Positions 1-9,678 of a stretch of DNA of 64,000 bases are shown piece after piece; positions within the stretch are counted from its first letter, which is position 1; every line of letters starts with the position of its first letter. A program made the position numbers and the translations under genes. This stretch comes from an archaeon (lineage in GTDB: Archaea > Nanobdellota > Nanobdellia > Pacearchaeales > GW2011-AR1): contig JABHZE010000002.1 in assembly GCA_018653485.1 (NCBI GenBank), forward strand, positions 56,294 to 120,293. Reading direction: 5' to 3'. The notes beneath the pieces are model-generated. The model made no database searches. It was not told the DNA's origin and saw nothing but the letters and a program-made list of their open reading frames with translations.

Positions 1-60
1 AAAAGAATTATATTTACTCTTGTCATCCCATTCACTTCTCTTTTCAACTACATCTTTCAT
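1..60 (-). CDS. 5' end of a gene running off the window (MKDVVEKRSEWDDKSKYNSF...), product unknown
   Basis: ATG at 60-58, frame open to the window edge, TTTAAAA TATA-like box about 25 nt upstream. Confidence 0.5.
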   Translation of the reverse strand, partial: MKDVVEKRSEWDDKSKYNSF

Positions 61-162
61 ATTTTTTCTTAGTTCAACTGACTTTTAAATGTTTTCTATG
101 TCTTAGAACATATATGTTGAATTTCACACTAAACTTTTAAGTTTAATTTAATCTTCAATTAA

Positions 163-1788
163 ATGACTATTAAGAGAAAAATAATTTACGCAGGAAATGC
201 CAACAAATATTATTGGCATTATCAAAATTGGGTCCCAGTTTTAAAAAGACTTTCAGATGAATTTATTTGCTTTGATTATCGGGTTCAACATTTATTGCAT
301 GGGAAAGAATTAATGAATAAAAATTTCTTAAAACTAATCAAAAAGGAAAAACCAGATTTTATTTTTTTTATATTATTTAGGGATGAATTTGATATAGAAA
401 CCCTACTAAAAATAAAAGAAATATCACCAAAAACAAAAATTATCAACTTTTTTGGAGATGATGACATACAATTCGAATCTTTTTCAAGATATTATGCATT
501 AGTTTTTGATTATTGTTTAATTGGGCAAAAACAATTTGCTAAGGATTATAATCACGAGGGGGTATCAAATGTTTTATTTACAACTGGAACAGACAATAAA
601 AAAATAGAATCTTCAAATTTAGCAAAAAAATATGATGTAACATTTATTGGTGCTCCAAAAGATAATAGGGCAGAACTAATCCACCATTTATTAAAAAACA
701 ACATTAATATTTCTCTTTTTGGAAGGGGATGGGAAAATCACCAAGAATTCAAGAAGATATACAAGGGAGCAATAGACAACAAAGAATTATTAAAAATAAC
801 TAATGAAAGCAGGATTAATCTCGGTTTTACAAGAAATTATAGGGGGGAACCGCATTTTAAGGGAAGGGTATTTGAGGTAGCTGCTTCAAATTCATTCATG
901 GTTTTAGAATATTTTAAAACATATTCAGAAATTTTTAAACCAAATAAAGAAATTGTAATGTTTAAGGATAAAGATGATTTATTGAAAAAAGTTAATTATT
1001 ATCTTAAAAACAAAAAACAAAGAGAACAAATTGCAAAATCCGCTTACAAAAAAATTAATGAAAAACATAATTTAGAATCAGAATTAAAAGAATTATTCAA
1101 AAAAATAGAAAAAATAAACTCAAAAAACAAAATTCCAACCTTAAACAAAAAAATAATCCAATTATCTAAAAAACATCTTAATTTATCCAAAAACAAATTA
1201 ATTGAAAAATTAAAAAACATAGATTATGTCTCTTTCAAAAAAGGAAAAGTTAAAAATTATAAATATAAATCCTTTTTACAAGCCTATTCTTTAGAAAAAT
1301 CAAAAAAAGAAATTAGTTGTTGTAATTGTTATGTAAGCAATAAATCTCTTGGGAAGTATCTTTTTTTTCAAACAGATGTAGCATTTGAAAAAAACAAAAA
1401 AGATTTCATAAACCTTATAGATATTAATCAATTAGCAACAACAAAGGAATATTTTTTAGAAAATTTAGAAATATTTAAAAAATTATTCCAAAACAAAAAA
1501 GTAGATTTTTTAAAACAAGAACCTACATTCATAGTCCTCCCATTATTAGAGATTACATCGTTACCCAAAATAAATAAGATAGATTACAATAATCTAAAAT
1601 ATTATTTTAATTTTAAATTTTTATACAAATTATACTCATTAAAACATCATAAAAGGCTTTTTTCAACTGGATATCCTTATGCATTATTATTTCATGCCCT
1701 AAAGGGAAATCATTTTATCTACAAAGGCATATTAGGCAATCTAAAAAACAAAGAAATACAAGGGAAGATTCAAGAAATAAGTAATTAA
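163..1788 (+). CDS. CgeB-like (GT-B) glycosyltransferase with C-terminal extension
   Basis: YDVTFIG, FGRGW, KGRVFEVAAS and YYLKNKKQREQIAK segments typical of CgeB/Glyco_trans_1_2. Confidence 0.8.
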   Translation: MTIKRKIIYAGNANKYYWHYQNWVPVLKRLSDEFICFDYRVQHLLHGKELMNKNFLKLIKKEKPDFIFFILFRDEFDIETLLKIKEISPKTKIINFFGDDDIQFESFSRYYALVFDYCLIGQKQFAKDYNHEGVSNVLFTTGTDNKKIESSNLAKKYDVTFIGAPKDNRAELIHHLLKNNINISLFGRGWENHQEFKKIYKGAIDNKELLKITNESRINLGFTRNYRGEPHFKGRVFEVAASNSFMVLEYFKTYSEIFKPNKEIVMFKDKDDLLKKVNYYLKNKKQREQIAKSAYKKINEKHNLESELKELFKKIEKINSKNKIPTLNKKIIQLSKKHLNLSKNKLIEKLKNIDYVSFKKGKVKNYKYKSFLQAYSLEKSKKEISCCNCYVSNKSLGKYLFFQTDVAFEKNKKDFINLIDINQLATTKEYFLENLEIFKKLFQNKKVDFLKQEPTFIVLPLLEITSLPKINKIDYNNLKYYFNFKFLYKLYSLKHHKRLFSTGYPYALLFHALKGNHFIYKGILGNLKNKEIQGKIQEISN

Positions 1789-1791
1789 TAA

Positions 1792-2817
1792 TCAACAAAC
1801 CCAATCAATACTAGATTCTAAAATATTATCACAAGAATCACAAACCGGAGTCTTAAAATCAAACTTTAATTGTTTTCTCAACAATTTCTTAAAATCCTCT
1901 GAGTTTCTTATCTCTTTAATATCTTGTTTAAGCAAATTTCCAAAAGAAACTTTTGATTCATAATCCCTACAACACATAACCATATTCCCATTAACATCCA
2001 CAGTTATATTGCTCCATAAAACAAAACAAGGCCATCGTTTGTTATGTTTAAATGGAGGTATTTGAATTATGTTCTTAACTCCTCCTGCCCAATCTGAAGG
2101 AACATAAGCACGAACAGAATCTGCGATAGGTTCCCAGAATTTAACAAACTCTTGAACATCATCTTTATTTTCATCTAAAATCATCACAGAAAGATTAGTT
2201 AAAACAGGATGATTCATTTCTCTTCTTCTTTTATGAAAATATAACACATTTTTTTTAGTATTATCATACTCTAATCCCATTATTTTTTTATAATTCTTTT
2301 TAGTCCCATTTATTGAAAAAGTAATCCTATCAACCTTAGCTTTTAATAGTTTTTCACTCAAATCCGGAGTTAAGATTGAAGCATTGGTGTAAATATCAAT
2401 CTTCACATGAGGATATTTTTCATTAATATATTTAATTTTATCAATTACCCCTTTATCCACAAAAGGTTCTCCAAATCCATTCATAGTAATTCTTTTTATG
2501 TCATAACTATTCAAAACATTATCCACAATTTTCTTAAAATCTTCAAAACTCATTAGTTTTTTCTCTCTTTTCATAACCACATGGGGGCACATGATACATT
2601 TAGCATTGCACAAATTGGTATTCTCAATTTGAAGAATTCTCGGCTTTATTTTTTTAGATTTTTTATTAATGGCATTTTGATAAAATCTCTGATAGATTTT
2701 CCCATTTACAAAATTAGAAAAAAAGGTCTGAGTAAATAAGAATTTCTTTATAGCTCTTGAAAGCCCGGTTATTTTTTTATAATATCTAGCTTCCTTTAAA
2801 ATATATTTCACATCCAT
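1792..2817 (-). CDS. Radical SAM/SPASM(twitch) domain protein
   Basis: CNAKCIMC motif, GFGEP, C-terminal PC..GNMVMCC..CDSC auxiliary cluster ligands. Confidence 0.9.
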   Translation of the reverse strand: MDVKYILKEARYYKKITGLSRAIKKFLFTQTFFSNFVNGKIYQRFYQNAINKKSKKIKPRILQIENTNLCNAKCIMCPHVVMKREKKLMSFEDFKKIVDNVLNSYDIKRITMNGFGEPFVDKGVIDKIKYINEKYPHVKIDIYTNASILTPDLSEKLLKAKVDRITFSINGTKKNYKKIMGLEYDNTKKNVLYFHKRRREMNHPVLTNLSVMILDENKDDVQEFVKFWEPIADSVRAYVPSDWAGGVKNIIQIPPFKHNKRWPCFVLWSNITVDVNGNMVMCCRDYESKVSFGNLLKQDIKEIRNSEDFKKLLRKQLKFDFKTPVCDSCDNILESSIDWVC

Positions 2818-2858
2818 TTATTAAACATCTAATAATTATTTATAAGCATTATTGCACC

Positions 2859-3608
2859 CTACTTCTCAAAAAAACAAACAACAATCCCATTAGCATTATT
2901 ATGGGGAGAATTATACCTTATATCCCTTATACTCTCTAGCCCAACTTCTTTCCATTTATTCCCACTATTAACCCTTTTTAAGAAAAACATTTTTTTTGCC
3001 CCTATCTTATTTGAAAAAACTAAAGAATCCATATATTTGTTATAGCCTAAAGGCATTGTTGCAATAAATTTTCCCTTATAACTTAAAAGACTTTTCAAAT
3101 GATTAATAGCTTTAACAATCTTTTCAGGATTATATTCATCATCATATCCTACATGCTCTAATGTGGAAATACTCATGATTAAATCATATCTTTTTTTAGG
3201 TTTAAAATCAACAATATCTTGGTTTAGAATCCCCTCTCCAGGTTCAAATTTATCTAAAACATCCCATTTAACATCAGCATAATGGGGCAAAACCGCTCCA
3301 ACCTCAAGAACCTTATCAAAACTAACCTTTTTCAAATATTCTAAAAGAATTGGAATCTCTACAATTCTTTCATTATCCCATGTAAGATTATAGGGGTGAA
3401 GGAAATAAGGGAATTTTTTATCATCAAAATAAAAAAATTCTACAGGTTTTTTCTTTAATTTATCAACAATGCTATTTGCAAATCTTTTTTGAAATTTATG
3501 CTTGAAAAATCTACCTGTTTTAACAATTAAAAACATAAATCCATTCTCTTTTAAATCCTCTAAGGCTTTCTCAAAAACACTTCTTTCTAATCTTCCATAA
3601 TCTTTCAT
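2859..3608 (-). CDS. Class I SAM-dependent methyltransferase
   Basis: VLEVGA motif I, YDLIMSISTLEHVG motif. Confidence 0.75.
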   Translation of the reverse strand: MKDYGRLERSVFEKALEDLKENGFMFLIVKTGRFFKHKFQKRFANSIVDKLKKKPVEFFYFDDKKFPYFLHPYNLTWDNERIVEIPILLEYLKKVSFDKVLEVGAVLPHYADVKWDVLDKFEPGEGILNQDIVDFKPKKRYDLIMSISTLEHVGYDDEYNPEKIVKAINHLKSLLSYKGKFIATMPLGYNKYMDSLVFSNKIGAKKMFFLKRVNSGNKWKEVGLESIRDIRYNSPHNNANGIVVCFFEK

Positions 3609-3668
3609 AGAATTTTACTATACCTGAGATATATAAATCTTTTTAAATTACCTGGAGTTACAATAATC

Positions 3669-4805
3669 ATGAAAAAACCAAAGGTTTGTTTTGTGACTTC
3701 TTTTTTTTATCCCACTTTAGGAGGCGTTGAAACACATATTCAAAATACTGCAAAGGAACTAATAAAATTAGGATATGATTGCGAAGCTTATGTTTCAGAT
3801 ATGGACAGGGATAAAAGAATCTCTGAAAAAAGAGCAATAATTGATGGAATCAAAATAAAAAGATTTAGAAGTTGGATTAAATTTAGTTTTTCAGGGATAT
3901 TCTTCCCAGGTTTATTTCCAGCAATAAGCAAATCCAATGCAGATATATTTCATATACACGGGTACAGACATCCATTTAACTTTATATTTTGGTTTACAAA
4001 AAAACCAGTATTCATAACCCCTCATTGGCCTGTTTACAAGGGACAAAGAGCAAAATGGGCCCAATTAATTGTAGATTTATTAGATAAATATGTAGGAAAA
4101 TACATTTTCAAACATTTTTCAAAAACATGTGTTGTAACAGAGTTAGAATCCCCTTGGGTAGAAAGTTTTGGAGTAAAAAAACAAGACATCATCTTAACAC
4201 CTAATTGCATACCAGATTATTATTTCAAAGAATATAATGGAGAAAAGTTTAGAAAAAAATACAATCTTAAAAAAAATGATTTAGCAGTTGTAACTGTTTC
4301 AAGAATTCATCAAAGTAAGGGAATAGATCAATTAGTAAAAACCGCTAAACATTTTCCAAACGTAAAATTCATAATCATGGGCAAAGATGGAGGATTTCAA
4401 ACACATTTAGAACAATTAGCAAAAAAACTCAACATTCAGAACATAGTCTTCACAGGAGAAATCTCTGAAGAAGACAAACTAGAAGCTTATGCTGGAGCAG
4501 ATATCTTTTGTTCCCCAAGTCATTATGAGGCCTTTTGTATATCAATATTAGAAGCAATGTCACAAGGATGTGCAGTTCTTACAAGTGACGCAGGAGGAAT
4601 GCCATGGGTAGTTGGAAAAGAAGGATTAACATTCAAGGATTACAACCTCAATGATTTCAAAAATCAATTAAACAAATTAATAGAAAACAAACAATTAAGA
4701 GAAAAATTCCAAAAACAAGGCAAAATCAAAGCACAAAAATTCAAATGGAAAAATACTGCTGAAACATTAGATAGGGAATACAAGAAGTATCTAAAACAAC
4801 GATAA
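3669..4805 (+). CDS. GT4 glycosyltransferase
   Basis: FYPTLGGVE, RIHQSKG, EAFCISILEAM (E-x7-E). Confidence 0.9.
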   Translation: MKKPKVCFVTSFFYPTLGGVETHIQNTAKELIKLGYDCEAYVSDMDRDKRISEKRAIIDGIKIKRFRSWIKFSFSGIFFPGLFPAISKSNADIFHIHGYRHPFNFIFWFTKKPVFITPHWPVYKGQRAKWAQLIVDLLDKYVGKYIFKHFSKTCVVTELESPWVESFGVKKQDIILTPNCIPDYYFKEYNGEKFRKKYNLKKNDLAVVTVSRIHQSKGIDQLVKTAKHFPNVKFIIMGKDGGFQTHLEQLAKKLNIQNIVFTGEISEEDKLEAYAGADIFCSPSHYEAFCISILEAMSQGCAVLTSDAGGMPWVVGKEGLTFKDYNLNDFKNQLNKLIENKQLREKFQKQGKIKAQKFKWKNTAETLDREYKKYLKQR

Positions 4806-4874
4806 ACTCCCACCCCAACAATCCTTAAAAATCCATTTTTGCCCTTAATTTTATATAAATAGAATAATAACCCT

Positions 4875-6419
4875 ATGAGAATCACTTTAATTTCAACAGC
4901 CACATATCCTTCAGACCAAGGAATTAGAACAATATCTTCGGTGCTTAAAAAAGCAGGACATGAAGTAAAAATAATCTTTCTAGCATTTACAGAAGATTAT
5001 ACTAAATCCTATCCAAAACAAATATTTAAACAAATTCTGAATCTTTCAAAAGACGCAGACTTAATTGGGATAAACTCTTTTGCATCTACTGCTCCAAGAG
5101 CAATTCAAGTTTTAAATCAATTAAAAAAATATCTTCCAAATAAACCAATTGTATGGGGGGGAATTCATGCAACAATTTCACCAGAACAATGTATCAATCA
5201 TTGCAACATAGTCTGTGTAGGTGAAGCAGAAGAAACAATTATTGAATTAGCAGAAGCAATTGAAAAAAACAAACCAATAGACAAAATATCCAATTTATGG
5301 ATAAAAAATAAAAAAACAAATAAAATAATTAAAAATCCTGTAAGATTATTAATAGATGATTTAGATTCTTTACCTCCAGTGGATTATGATATTCAAGATC
5401 ATTATATTTTAGATAAAAATAAAATAAGAAAATTTACAGAATATGATTTAGGAGGGCAAATATTCTTTTTAACAGGAAGAGGATGCCCTTATGGATGTGC
5501 TTATTGCAGTAATGATTTATTTAACAAACTTTATGAAGGAAAAAGAAAAAAAATTGTAAGATGGCATTCTCCAGATTATATTATCAATGAAGTAATCAAT
5601 CTAAAAAATAAATTCAAATCATTAAAATATTTTGATATAAGGGATGATACTTTTTCTATGAGAAGTTCAGAACAAATTAAGGATTTTTGTAAACAATATA
5701 AAGAAAAAGTAAATATGAGATTTAAATGTCTTGCAGATCCTCACACAGTTACTCATGAAAAAATTAAAGCACTAGTAGATGCAGGTTGCACAGACATTAT
5801 AATTGGGATTCAAGGAGTTGAGAGAGTAAATAAGGACATTTATCATAGAAATCAAACAGATAATCAAGTTATAGATGCTGCAAAAATAATCAATAAATAC
5901 AAAGATAAGTTAGCTATAATGTATGATGTAATAACCACTAATCCGTATGAAAAACCCGAAGATGTAATCAATATGATTCATCTCCTACAAAAACTCCCTA
6001 AACCCTATTTTCTTTCAGTAAACAATCTTGTCTTTTTCACATCTACCCCTTTATATTGCAAGGCAAAAGAAGAAGGAATAATAAAAAAAGAAGAAGATTC
6101 TGCAGCAAACCTTAATTATTGGGACAGAGCAGCACATATTAAATTAAAAAAGAAAAACATGTATCTTAATCTTATATTGAATCTAATGAGAGGAGTAGCA
6201 ACTAAAAATCGATATGGACTAATGCCCAACACTCTAATCAACTACCTCTTAAAAAAAGAAAAAATAAGAAGAAATTTAAAAAACACAACTTTAACAAAGT
6301 CAACATTAATTTTAGTAGGATTTTCAGACTCAATACGAGAAAAAATTCTTAAACCAACTTATAGAAGCCTCCCCTTAGATTTTAAAGCATGGTATGATAA
6401 AGTTAGGTATCGGGTATAA
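4875..6419 (+). CDS. Cobalamin-binding radical SAM protein (class B methyltransferase-like)
   Basis: GGIHAT and GEAE B12-domain motifs, GRGCPYGCAYC, DDTF. Confidence 0.88.
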   Translation: MRITLISTATYPSDQGIRTISSVLKKAGHEVKIIFLAFTEDYTKSYPKQIFKQILNLSKDADLIGINSFASTAPRAIQVLNQLKKYLPNKPIVWGGIHATISPEQCINHCNIVCVGEAEETIIELAEAIEKNKPIDKISNLWIKNKKTNKIIKNPVRLLIDDLDSLPPVDYDIQDHYILDKNKIRKFTEYDLGGQIFFLTGRGCPYGCAYCSNDLFNKLYEGKRKKIVRWHSPDYIINEVINLKNKFKSLKYFDIRDDTFSMRSSEQIKDFCKQYKEKVNMRFKCLADPHTVTHEKIKALVDAGCTDIIIGIQGVERVNKDIYHRNQTDNQVIDAAKIINKYKDKLAIMYDVITTNPYEKPEDVINMIHLLQKLPKPYFLSVNNLVFFTSTPLYCKAKEEGIIKKEEDSAANLNYWDRAAHIKLKKKNMYLNLILNLMRGVATKNRYGLMPNTLINYLLKKEKIRRNLKNTTLTKSTLILVGFSDSIREKILKPTYRSLPLDFKAWYDKVRYRV

Positions 6420-6500
6420 GATTCAATAAACCTATAGCGGCTAACATAATCAATAAAACACTACAATAACAAATAAAAACCCCTTCTTCTAATCATAATC

Positions 6501-8168
6501 ATGGAAACAGAGGATAATAGGGATCAAGTATTGGAAAAAAGAACTGAAAAAATAAAAAACTGGTTTAAAGATCCCTACAATAAAGGATTTTTCTTCATAA
6601 TGGTTTTTGCCATAATTATAAGAATTTTTTATTTTAATTTAACTCAATTTCAACCCGTCTGGTGGGATGAAGCAGAATATATGAATATCGCAAGGGCATG
6701 GGCATTTGGACAAGAATACTGGTTTGACCCTGTAAGACAAATTCTTTTTGCATGGATTACTTCATTATTCCTCAGAATTAATAATTCAGAGTTTTTACCA
6801 AGGGCATTACTAACAATTTTCTCAATTGCATCAGTAAGTGGAATGTATTATTTAGGAAAAGAAATTTATAACAAAAAAATAGGTTTAATTGCATCATTCT
6901 TAATGTCAATTTTTTACTTAAATTTATTTTTCACCTATAGGATCTTAAGTGATATCCCCTCTTTAGTCTTTTTTATAATTCCTGCAATTTTCTTTTATAG
7001 GTATTTCAAAACAAATTCTCATAAGGCACTTTATATCGCTTCAATAACTATTGGTATTGGTACTCTCTTCAAATTAACTACTGCAGCATTATTGTTTGTA
7101 GTTTTAATTTATCTTTTAACAACCGAAAAATTAAAAATATTCAAGAAAAAAGAGATCTGGATTGCAGGATTAATTTTCTTATTAGTTTTATCCCCATACC
7201 TTCTTTGGGGGTATATGGAATACGGTGAATTTGTAATCATGAGTGCTCAAAATACAATTCTAGAATCAACACCAGAGCCATTAACAGTCACTGCCCCAAG
7301 AGTTTTAATGAATTATATTTATTTATTCCCCTCATATTTATTTGGAGTAAATTATAATCCTGCAAACGGGCTGTGGTGGTATTTCTCTATGGTTATTATC
7401 TTTGCATCTCTTGCTTATTTGATTTACAAACCATTTTTAGGGTTTGATATATTATTAAAAAAGAAAAACAAACAATTAAGGAGGGATTACTATCTTGCAT
7501 TATTATTCTTAGTACCATTAATCTTAGTAAGTATCCTAATAACACATAACGAAAACAGATATATCCTAAATTCCTTCCCTGCATTATTTATTCTTACAGC
7601 AGTTTTAATCAATAAAGGCTATTATTACATAAAAAATAAAAAATCAAAGGTTTTTGCAATATTATTTTTAGTAATTATTTTAGGTTCTTTTGCATATGTT
7701 CAACATAAACAAGGAGAAGAGTTAATCAAAGGAAAATTATATTCTTATGCTCAGATTAAGGATGCAGGATTATGGATTAGAGATAATTCCAATCCTTCAG
7801 ATGTAGTCTTTAGCACCAGTGCTATGCAAACAAGATATTATTCTGAAAGAGATGCATTTGATATTCCTGCAACAAGGCCAGAATTAGAATCATTAATTCT
7901 TGAAAAAAATCCAAGATATTATATGGTTTCAGCATTTGAGAGAAGTGCAGAACCAGATCAATGGCTCTATGCTTATCCTAATGAAAAACAAATGAACCCA
8001 GTCCATATAATTTTTGCAGACGTAGAACAAACTCAACCATTTGTTATTGTCTATGAATTTTCTAATGAGAATTCCCAAACAATGGAAAATTTAATTCAAG
8101 ATAATCTTTTAGAAGATTTAAATGATCCTGCACAAGTAGATAATAGTTCTGAGATAATAGAAGCTTAA
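6501..8168 (+). CDS. GT-C (ArnT/PMT-like) membrane glycosyltransferase
   Basis: WWDEAEY motif after the first TM helix, many TM segments, ENRY. Confidence 0.8.
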   Translation: METEDNRDQVLEKRTEKIKNWFKDPYNKGFFFIMVFAIIIRIFYFNLTQFQPVWWDEAEYMNIARAWAFGQEYWFDPVRQILFAWITSLFLRINNSEFLPRALLTIFSIASVSGMYYLGKEIYNKKIGLIASFLMSIFYLNLFFTYRILSDIPSLVFFIIPAIFFYRYFKTNSHKALYIASITIGIGTLFKLTTAALLFVVLIYLLTTEKLKIFKKKEIWIAGLIFLLVLSPYLLWGYMEYGEFVIMSAQNTILESTPEPLTVTAPRVLMNYIYLFPSYLFGVNYNPANGLWWYFSMVIIFASLAYLIYKPFLGFDILLKKKNKQLRRDYYLALLFLVPLILVSILITHNENRYILNSFPALFILTAVLINKGYYYIKNKKSKVFAILFLVIILGSFAYVQHKQGEELIKGKLYSYAQIKDAGLWIRDNSNPSDVVFSTSAMQTRYYSERDAFDIPATRPELESLILEKNPRYYMVSAFERSAEPDQWLYAYPNEKQMNPVHIIFADVEQTQPFVIVYEFSNENSQTMENLIQDNLLEDLNDPAQVDNSSEIIEA

Positions 8169-8611
8169 GAAACAATAATTAGTTCTTCTTTTTTCTTAAA
8201 TGCCCATAACAATGAACCAAAATAACTAAAGGGAATACTTGCGATTATCCCAGAAAATGTAGCTATATTTGAATTTAATGTCGTTTCTCCAATTAACCTA
8301 ATGATACTAAAACTAACTAAAAAATTTATGCTTATTGAGATCCCATAAACTACTAAAAATTTCAGAAATTGTTTTTTTATCGGATGCCCCTTTGCAGAAA
8401 ATGTAATGTTCCTATTCATTGAAAAATTATAAATTATGGCAACAGAGGTAGCCATAATTGTTGCAACAATAAAATTAAAACTTATGCCTTGAAAATTTCC
8501 TTTAAGTGCTAAAATAAATAAAAAAATATTAAATACAATCATATGAACTAATGCACTACTGCCTCCAACAAAACAAAATATTACAAACCTTAACATTTCC
8601 TTTTTTTTCAT
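8165..8611 (-). CDS. GtrA family flippase-like protein
   Basis: RFVIFCFVGG, NF.MNR..TF, four TM helices. Confidence 0.85.
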   Translation of the reverse strand: MKKKEMLRFVIFCFVGGSSALVHMIVFNIFLFILALKGNFQGISFNFIVATIMATSVAIIYNFSMNRNITFSAKGHPIKKQFLKFLVVYGISISINFLVSFSIIRLIGETTLNSNIATFSGIIASIPFSYFGSLLWAFKKKEELIIVS

Positions 8612-8628
8612 TTTCTAAATTTTCTTTT

Positions 8629-9645
8629 TTATATCGAAAATATCCACCTATTTGCAATTAACAAAGCAATTAAGCATATAAATATTTGGAATATGAAAAT
8701 TAAATAAATCACATCATTTTCATAGACTTTTCTTTTAAATTTCTTTAATATAAATAAAGATAAATGAGTTAGCCCATAGATTTTTTTATAAGGCATCTCT
8801 AAACTTCCATCTGGATTAGGTTTAGCAAACGACTGTTTTCTTAATCCGCCTCTTAATTTTAATCCAGTCTCAAGAATGTAAGGAATAAAAACAAAAACAG
8901 CAATCCTCTCAAAGTCCCCTAAAATAGCCATTCCTGCCATTAATGCACCAACAGAATATGTTAGAATATCTCCTGGAAATACTTTTGCAGGAACTTTATT
9001 ATAAAAATAAAATACACTTAAACTAGCAACCATGCAAAGCCCTATAATAGCTAACCACCCTGAATTAGTTATATATGCAATAAAAGATAAGAAACTTATA
9101 ATTATTATCCCTTGACCAGCCTCTAATCCATTAAAACCTGCAAGAAAATTAAATGTTATTGCTGCACCGGCAATTCCAATAGGAATTAACACTAAAGGAT
9201 ACAATAAACCAAGACTTACATAACCAATAAAAGGAATATTCATGCTAGCATTTCCAGCATTAATAACTACTAAAGGTATTGAGGCAACAAATGCAAGAAA
9301 AATTCTTATTCTAACACTTAATCCTCCATGTTTCCATCCTAACAAGTCATCTACTAGCCCAACAATTGCAAATAACAATATAACTGTTAATAATGCAAAA
9401 ATTTGAACATTTACCCCATCTCCTTGCATGATAAAAGTTCTTATTGCTATATATGTTAAAACCCCTAAAACAAACGTCATAACAACGATTACACCACCAG
9501 AGGCTGCAACATTTCTGTTTTTATCAGGTTTATTCATATCTTCCCATAACAAACCTATTTTTTTACATTTTACAATCCATTTGGGAAGAGCTAACCAAGT
9601 TAGTATTAAACTAACTAAAAAAGCAACGATTAATAGGTATTCCAT
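8629..9645 (-). CDS. aglH: UDP-GlcNAc:dolichyl-phosphate GlcNAc-1-P transferase (MraY/GPT family)
   Basis: DMNK, GLVDD, FNFLAGFNGLE, KVFPGD motifs; adjacent to aglB. Confidence 0.85.
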   Translation of the reverse strand: MEYLLIVAFLVSLILTWLALPKWIVKCKKIGLLWEDMNKPDKNRNVAASGGVIVVMTFVLGVLTYIAIRTFIMQGDGVNVQIFALLTVILLFAIVGLVDDLLGWKHGGLSVRIRIFLAFVASIPLVVINAGNASMNIPFIGYVSLGLLYPLVLIPIGIAGAAITFNFLAGFNGLEAGQGIIIISFLSFIAYITNSGWLAIIGLCMVASLSVFYFYNKVPAKVFPGDILTYSVGALMAGMAILGDFERIAVFVFIPYILETGLKLRGGLRKQSFAKPNPDGSLEMPYKKIYGLTHLSLFILKKFKRKVYENDVIYLIFIFQIFICLIALLIANRWIFSI

Positions 9646-9678
9646 ACTTTTTGTTCAATTCTGAGGTTTTTAAAGTTT

